Shown here in pieces: positions 60,321 through 64,000 of a stretch of DNA of 64,000 nt. The notes beneath the pieces are model-generated. The model searched no databases. It saw only the letters and a list, made by a program, of their open reading frames with translations, and was not told where the DNA came from. Source of the stretch: Candidatus Eiseniibacteriota bacterium (GTDB lineage Bacteria; Eisenbacteria; RBG-16-71-46); contig CAVSAC010000012.1 of assembly GCA_963725865.1 (NCBI GenBank), forward strand, positions 992,001-1,056,000, given 5' to 3'. The first letter of the stretch is position 1. Each line of letters starts with the position of its first letter. The position numbers and the translations under genes are program-made.

Positions 60321-61178
60321 CTAACCGGGCAGGGCGAGCGTCATCTCGCGCTGCCGCAGACGCACGGTGAATCCGGCCGCCGCCAGCGCGGCAGCGGCCG
60401 GGTCGCCCACCGGCAGGTTGGCGAGCGTGGCGCCCACTCCGGGGTGCGGAGCCAGCAGCGCCGCGAGCAGGGCGGCATGCGAACCGCTCGGGGCGTCGGG
60501 GCGGGCCGCAAGCGCCAGCACGGCCAGTCCGCGCGGCGAGGGATGGAACAGCGCCAGCGCGGAGATCCCACCCGCTCCACGCACGCCGAGCGCCGAGAGG
60601 CGCTCGGCCTGCCGCGTGAGCGAGGGCAGATCGCGCTGCCAGGGAGCGCGCTGCGGGTGGAGCGCCGCGTGTGCCGCCAGAGCCTCGTCGACCGGGATCG
60701 CGCTCACCGCCGGCGAAGCCACGGAAGCGATCGCCGGCGCCTCGGCGGGCCGCGCCCACACGTCCAGGTCGCGCGTCGCGCGGAAGCCGAGTCCGTCGTA
60801 GATGCGCGCGGCCCAGTTGTTCTGCTCCAGCACCTCGAGGTCCACGACCGAGAGCCTGATCGCGCGGGCTTCGGCCAGCACCGCCTCCATCGCTGCGCGT
60901 CCCAGCCCGCGGCCGCGCCACTCGGGGACCACGCCCATGCCGCCGACCCACCCGCGGCGGCCCCGCACGCCGAGCAGCGCGAAGCCGATCGGCTGGCCGC
61001 CGGCGACCGCCACCCGGGTCGCGGAGAGATCGAGATCCCAGGCCGCGGCGTACAGCGCGAACGCCTCGGCGTCGAGATGGATCGGCACGTAGTAGCCTTC
61101 GTAGCCGCGATTGAACAGCGTCGCCAGCGGCTCGAGGCCGAGGTGGTCGCCGGGGACGAAGCGTGCGCCGGGGCTCAT
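60321..61178 (-). CDS. GNAT family N-acetyltransferase
   Basis: GMGVVPEWRGRGLGR and LEVLEQN..A..IY..LGF motifs; ATGA overlap with the upstream ligase. Confidence 0.88.
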   Translation of the reverse strand: MSPGARFVPGDHLGLEPLATLFNRGYEGYYVPIHLDAEAFALYAAAWDLDLSATRVAVAGGQPIGFALLGVRGRRGWVGGMGVVPEWRGRGLGRAAMEAVLAEARAIRLSVVDLEVLEQNNWAARIYDGLGFRATRDLDVWARPAEAPAIASVASPAVSAIPVDEALAAHAALHPQRAPWQRDLPSLTRQAERLSALGVRGAGGISALALFHPSPRGLAVLALAARPDAPSGSHAALLAALLAPHPGVGATLANLPVGDPAAAALAAAGFTVRLRQREMTLALPG

Positions 61179-63478
61179 GCGTCCATCCTTCCCGCCGGCG
61201 CGGGCACGGGGCCCGCAACCAGCGGCTCCGCGGCGGCGCCGGCAGGGAGGCGTTGCGTGCACCAGCGCCCGAACAGTCGCAGCGCGCGATCGGCGGTGCG
61301 GAAGGTCGGCACCCCACCGTCCTCCAGCCGCTGCGCCATGCGGTCGTAGAGCCGGCCGGCGTCCACCACGGCCACCCAGGGCTTGCGGGTCGCGTGGAAC
61401 AGCCGCACCAGGCGGCCCGCCACCGAGTCCTCGCGATCGACGTCGTCGGAGTGCCCGGCACCCGGCGCGAGCGTGTCGAGCGCGCCAGTCATCGGCACGC
61501 AGCCGATCAGGCCCGCGTCGACCTCGGGATCCTCGAGGACCAGCCGCGCCACCTCCGCGAACCCGGCGTCGCCGAGGATGGGGGTGAGATCGATCGGATC
61601 GCGGATCGCCACGATGTCGGCGAGCCGCGCGCGATCGAGCAGAGCGCCGAGTGCCCCGCGGGTCGCCGGCGTCCATTCGGCGAGCGCGAACGGGCCGAGG
61701 CTGTCGGCGATCGCCACGCACTCGAATCCCGCGTTCGAGAGCGCGCCCAGGCGCAGGCCCGCGGGCGTGCGGCCTTGGAGCATCGCGAACAGCCGCGTGA
61801 GGTCCTCGAAGTCCTCCAGCGTGTCCGCCACCACCACGCCCGCGGACTCGGCGAGCGCGCGCGTCACCGCGTAGTCACCCGCGATCGAGGCCGTATGGCT
61901 GGCCGCCGCGGCGGCGCCCGCGCTCGTGCGGCCGGCGCGGTAGAGCACCACGGTGCGCCCCGACTCCGTGATCGCGCGCGCGAGGGTCACGAACCGCCGG
62001 CCGTCGAGCGGCCGGAAGCCCTCGACGTACACGGCGAACAGCGCGATCGCGGAATCCGCTGCGAGCACCTCGAGGTAGTCCGCGATGGTGAGGTCCATCT
62101 GGTTGCCGATCGAGACCACCACGCGCGGATTGAGCCCTGCCAGCTTGCTGGTCTTGGCGACCGCGAACGCGCCGCTGCCCGAGATCAGCGCCATCGGGCT
62201 CGCGGTCCCGCGCGGCAGCGGCAGCTTGAACTCCGGGATGAACAGCGTGTTCACGCGGCCCGGCACCGAGCGCACGCCCAGGCAGTTGCCTCCGTTCACC
62301 ACCGGGCCGCGCCACGCGGCCCCCCGCGCGCGCGCCAGCGCGGCGCGCATGCGCGCCACCAGCGGCGCGCTCTCGGGACGCTCGTCGAGCCCGCCCGGGA
62401 TGAGGATGATGCTCTCGGCCCGTGCGCCGTCGGCCGCGGCGGCGATCGCGTCGGGCGCCTGCGCGGCCGCGATTGCCAGCACCAGCAGGTCCACGCGCTG
62501 CTCGAGCGCGTCCAGCGCCGGCACGCACCGCACCCCGTCGATCTCCGCGGTGCCGGGCTTGATCACGGTGATGGCGGCGGGATCGAAGCCGTCGCGCAGC
62601 AGGTTCTGCAGGATGATGCGCCCCGGGTTCATGCCCTTCTCGGACACCCCGACGATCGCGACCGTGCGCGGCTCGAGCAGCCGCCGCACCTTTTCGAGCG
62701 GCCGCGGCGGCGCCGGCGCCGGACGGGGTCCGCCGAGCTTCGCGAGCGCGTCGAGCGCCACCAGCCGCCCGCCCGCGAGCACCAGCGGATTGACCTCGAA
62801 CTCGCTCAGCGGCGCCGGGACGAAGCGCTCGGCGAGCCACAGGATGCGGCTCACGACGTCCACCAGACGCGCGCGCGCGAGCCGCGCGGGCTGCCCGCGC
62901 AACGGCTCCGTCACCAGCCGCACCGCGGGCACGCGCGCGAGCGCGCGATCGATCGTGGCCTCGTCGGCGAGCGCGGGGGAGAACACCGCGAGCGCTTCGT
63001 CCGCGCGGAAGCTGCGGGCGAGCAGCTCGGTCGCGACCCCGCCGGCGCTCACCGTGACGACGGCGCCGAAATCCTCGGTCCAGCGCAGGCCCACCAGCAG
63101 CTCGTGTCCGAGCGCGGGGGAGAACGCGACGTGCTCGCTGATCGTGAAGCCTTCGACGTCCGCGGCCGGCAGCCGGCGCTCCATGTCGCGCACCGCGTCC
63201 GTGATCGCCGCGACCGTGTTGGCCACGATCGCCACGCCGCCCACCTCGGTCTTGTGGAGGATGCGCGTGCTGATCACCTTGACGACCGCGCGCTCCCCGG
63301 CAAATGGCGGGGCGACGAGCGCGGCGGCGGCGGCGGCGTCCCGCAACTCGATCCGCCGCGGGACGTCGATCCCGAGCGCCTCGAGCAGCGCCATGCCCGC
63401 GGTCTCGGTGAGCGCACCCGCGGAGTGCGAGCGCGCCGCTTCGAGCACGCGGGCCACGCGGGCCGCGTCGGGAATCAT
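61175..63478 (-). CDS. ADP-forming acyl-CoA synthetase (ACD), ATP-grasp domain first
   Basis: HKTEVGGV and E.NPL..ALDA, then VAIVGVS, GGNCLG, SIGNQMD, SHTASIAG and SNAG. Confidence 0.88.
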   Translation of the reverse strand: MIPDAARVARVLEAARSHSAGALTETAGMALLEALGIDVPRRIELRDAAAAAALVAPPFAGERAVVKVISTRILHKTEVGGVAIVANTVAAITDAVRDMERRLPAADVEGFTISEHVAFSPALGHELLVGLRWTEDFGAVVTVSAGGVATELLARSFRADEALAVFSPALADEATIDRALARVPAVRLVTEPLRGQPARLARARLVDVVSRILWLAERFVPAPLSEFEVNPLVLAGGRLVALDALAKLGGPRPAPAPPRPLEKVRRLLEPRTVAIVGVSEKGMNPGRIILQNLLRDGFDPAAITVIKPGTAEIDGVRCVPALDALEQRVDLLVLAIAAAQAPDAIAAAADGARAESIILIPGGLDERPESAPLVARMRAALARARGAAWRGPVVNGGNCLGVRSVPGRVNTLFIPEFKLPLPRGTASPMALISGSGAFAVAKTSKLAGLNPRVVVSIGNQMDLTIADYLEVLAADSAIALFAVYVEGFRPLDGRRFVTLARAITESGRTVVLYRAGRTSAGAAAAASHTASIAGDYAVTRALAESAGVVVADTLEDFEDLTRLFAMLQGRTPAGLRLGALSNAGFECVAIADSLGPFALAEWTPATRGALGALLDRARLADIVAIRDPIDLTPILGDAGFAEVARLVLEDPEVDAGLIGCVPMTGALDTLAPGAGHSDDVDREDSVAGRLVRLFHATRKPWVAVVDAGRLYDRMAQRLEDGGVPTFRTADRALRLFGRWCTQRLPAGAAAEPLVAGPVPAPAGRMDA

Positions 63479-63999
63479 GCGGCGCCTTCGCGGGCGCGCC
63501 GGAACGCCGCGCGGTTGAGCTCGACGACCCGTTCGCCCTTGGCCTTGAAGGTCGCGTGCACCGCCTGCTCGAGCGCGGCGGCCGTGAGCGGGAGCAGGTC
63601 CGCGACGCTGCCCACCATGACGGTGTTCACCGCCTGCACGTCCCCGGCCTCGTAGGCGATGCGCTCGGCCTCCACGGTGCGCGAGCGGGGCAGCCCCCGC
63701 ACGGTGGCGAGCAGCCCGTCCATCGCCGGATAGTCGGGGATGTTCACGACCGCGTCGACGGCGGTCACCAGCGAGCCCCGCGGCGACAGGTACGCGACGT
63801 AGCGCAGGCTCTCGAGCGGCTCCATCGACAGGATGAGGTCGGCCGTGCCCTGCGGGATGAGGTCCGAGTCGATCGGGTGGTCGGCGAGCCGCAGGTGCGC
63901 CACCACCGCGCCGCCGCGCTGCGACATGCCGTGCACCTCGGACTGCTTGACCTGGAGGCCATCGATCGCGGCCGCGCGGCCGATGATGGCGGCCATACT
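63475..63999 (-). CDS. iorB: Indolepyruvate:ferredoxin oxidoreductase beta subunit (5' truncated by window edge)
   Basis: KQSEVHGMSQRGGAV.AH.R, SDLIP.G.AD....EPLE.LRY and N..AF motifs. Confidence 0.9.
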   Translation of the reverse strand, partial: SMAAIIGRAAAIDGLQVKQSEVHGMSQRGGAVVAHLRLADHPIDSDLIPQGTADLILSMEPLESLRYVAYLSPRGSLVTAVDAVVNIPDYPAMDGLLATVRGLPRSRTVEAERIAYEAGDVQAVNTVMVGSVADLLPLTAAALEQAVHATFKAKGERVVELNRAAFRRAREGAA

Positions 64000-64000
64000 G

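Noticed and set aside
60318..60380. GGCTAAC as a possible second attC R'' box
   Set aside because: It is the reverse complement of the GNAT stop region, with no matching L/R' boxes.

Overview
A GC-rich, mostly housekeeping/metabolic chromosomal segment of about 55 genes with many ATGA/GTGA-coupled operons. The style (very high GC, a secreted protein with a C-terminal FlgD-Ig-like domain) suggests an FCB-group organism such as Candidatus Eisenbacteria, but this is inference only. Main contents: uppP and murJ; a bacillithiol operon (bshC-bshB1-bshA) running into a DUF1611/enolase-family epimerase pair, an orphan histidine kinase and rsgA; thrC, NfeD/stomatin and an Att-like ABC/lipocalin cluster; several peptidases, citrate synthase, a lone BMC-T shell gene, ABC-F, tandem FKBPs, a cold-shock gene, malic enzyme, and an IOR-beta/ADP-forming acyl-CoA synthetase/GNAT operon. 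I found no CRISPR array, rRNA, intact tRNA, transposase or integrase. The most notable observations are: (1) a solo integron-like cassette with a degenerate 60-nt attC behind pepD; (2) a circularly permuted YpdA/TrxB-like flavoreductase fused to a NapH-like membrane Fe-S module; (3) an orphan double-stacking-type BMC trimer gene; (4) an unlisted 33-aa basic ORF; (5) a sigma54 promoter with an upstream palindrome driving a tandem-repeat protein of unknown function; (6) repeated leaderless-type promoter geometry; (7) two +1 frameshifts (pepD, malic enzyme) that are probably sequencing errors. Family names come from motif recognition, not database searches.
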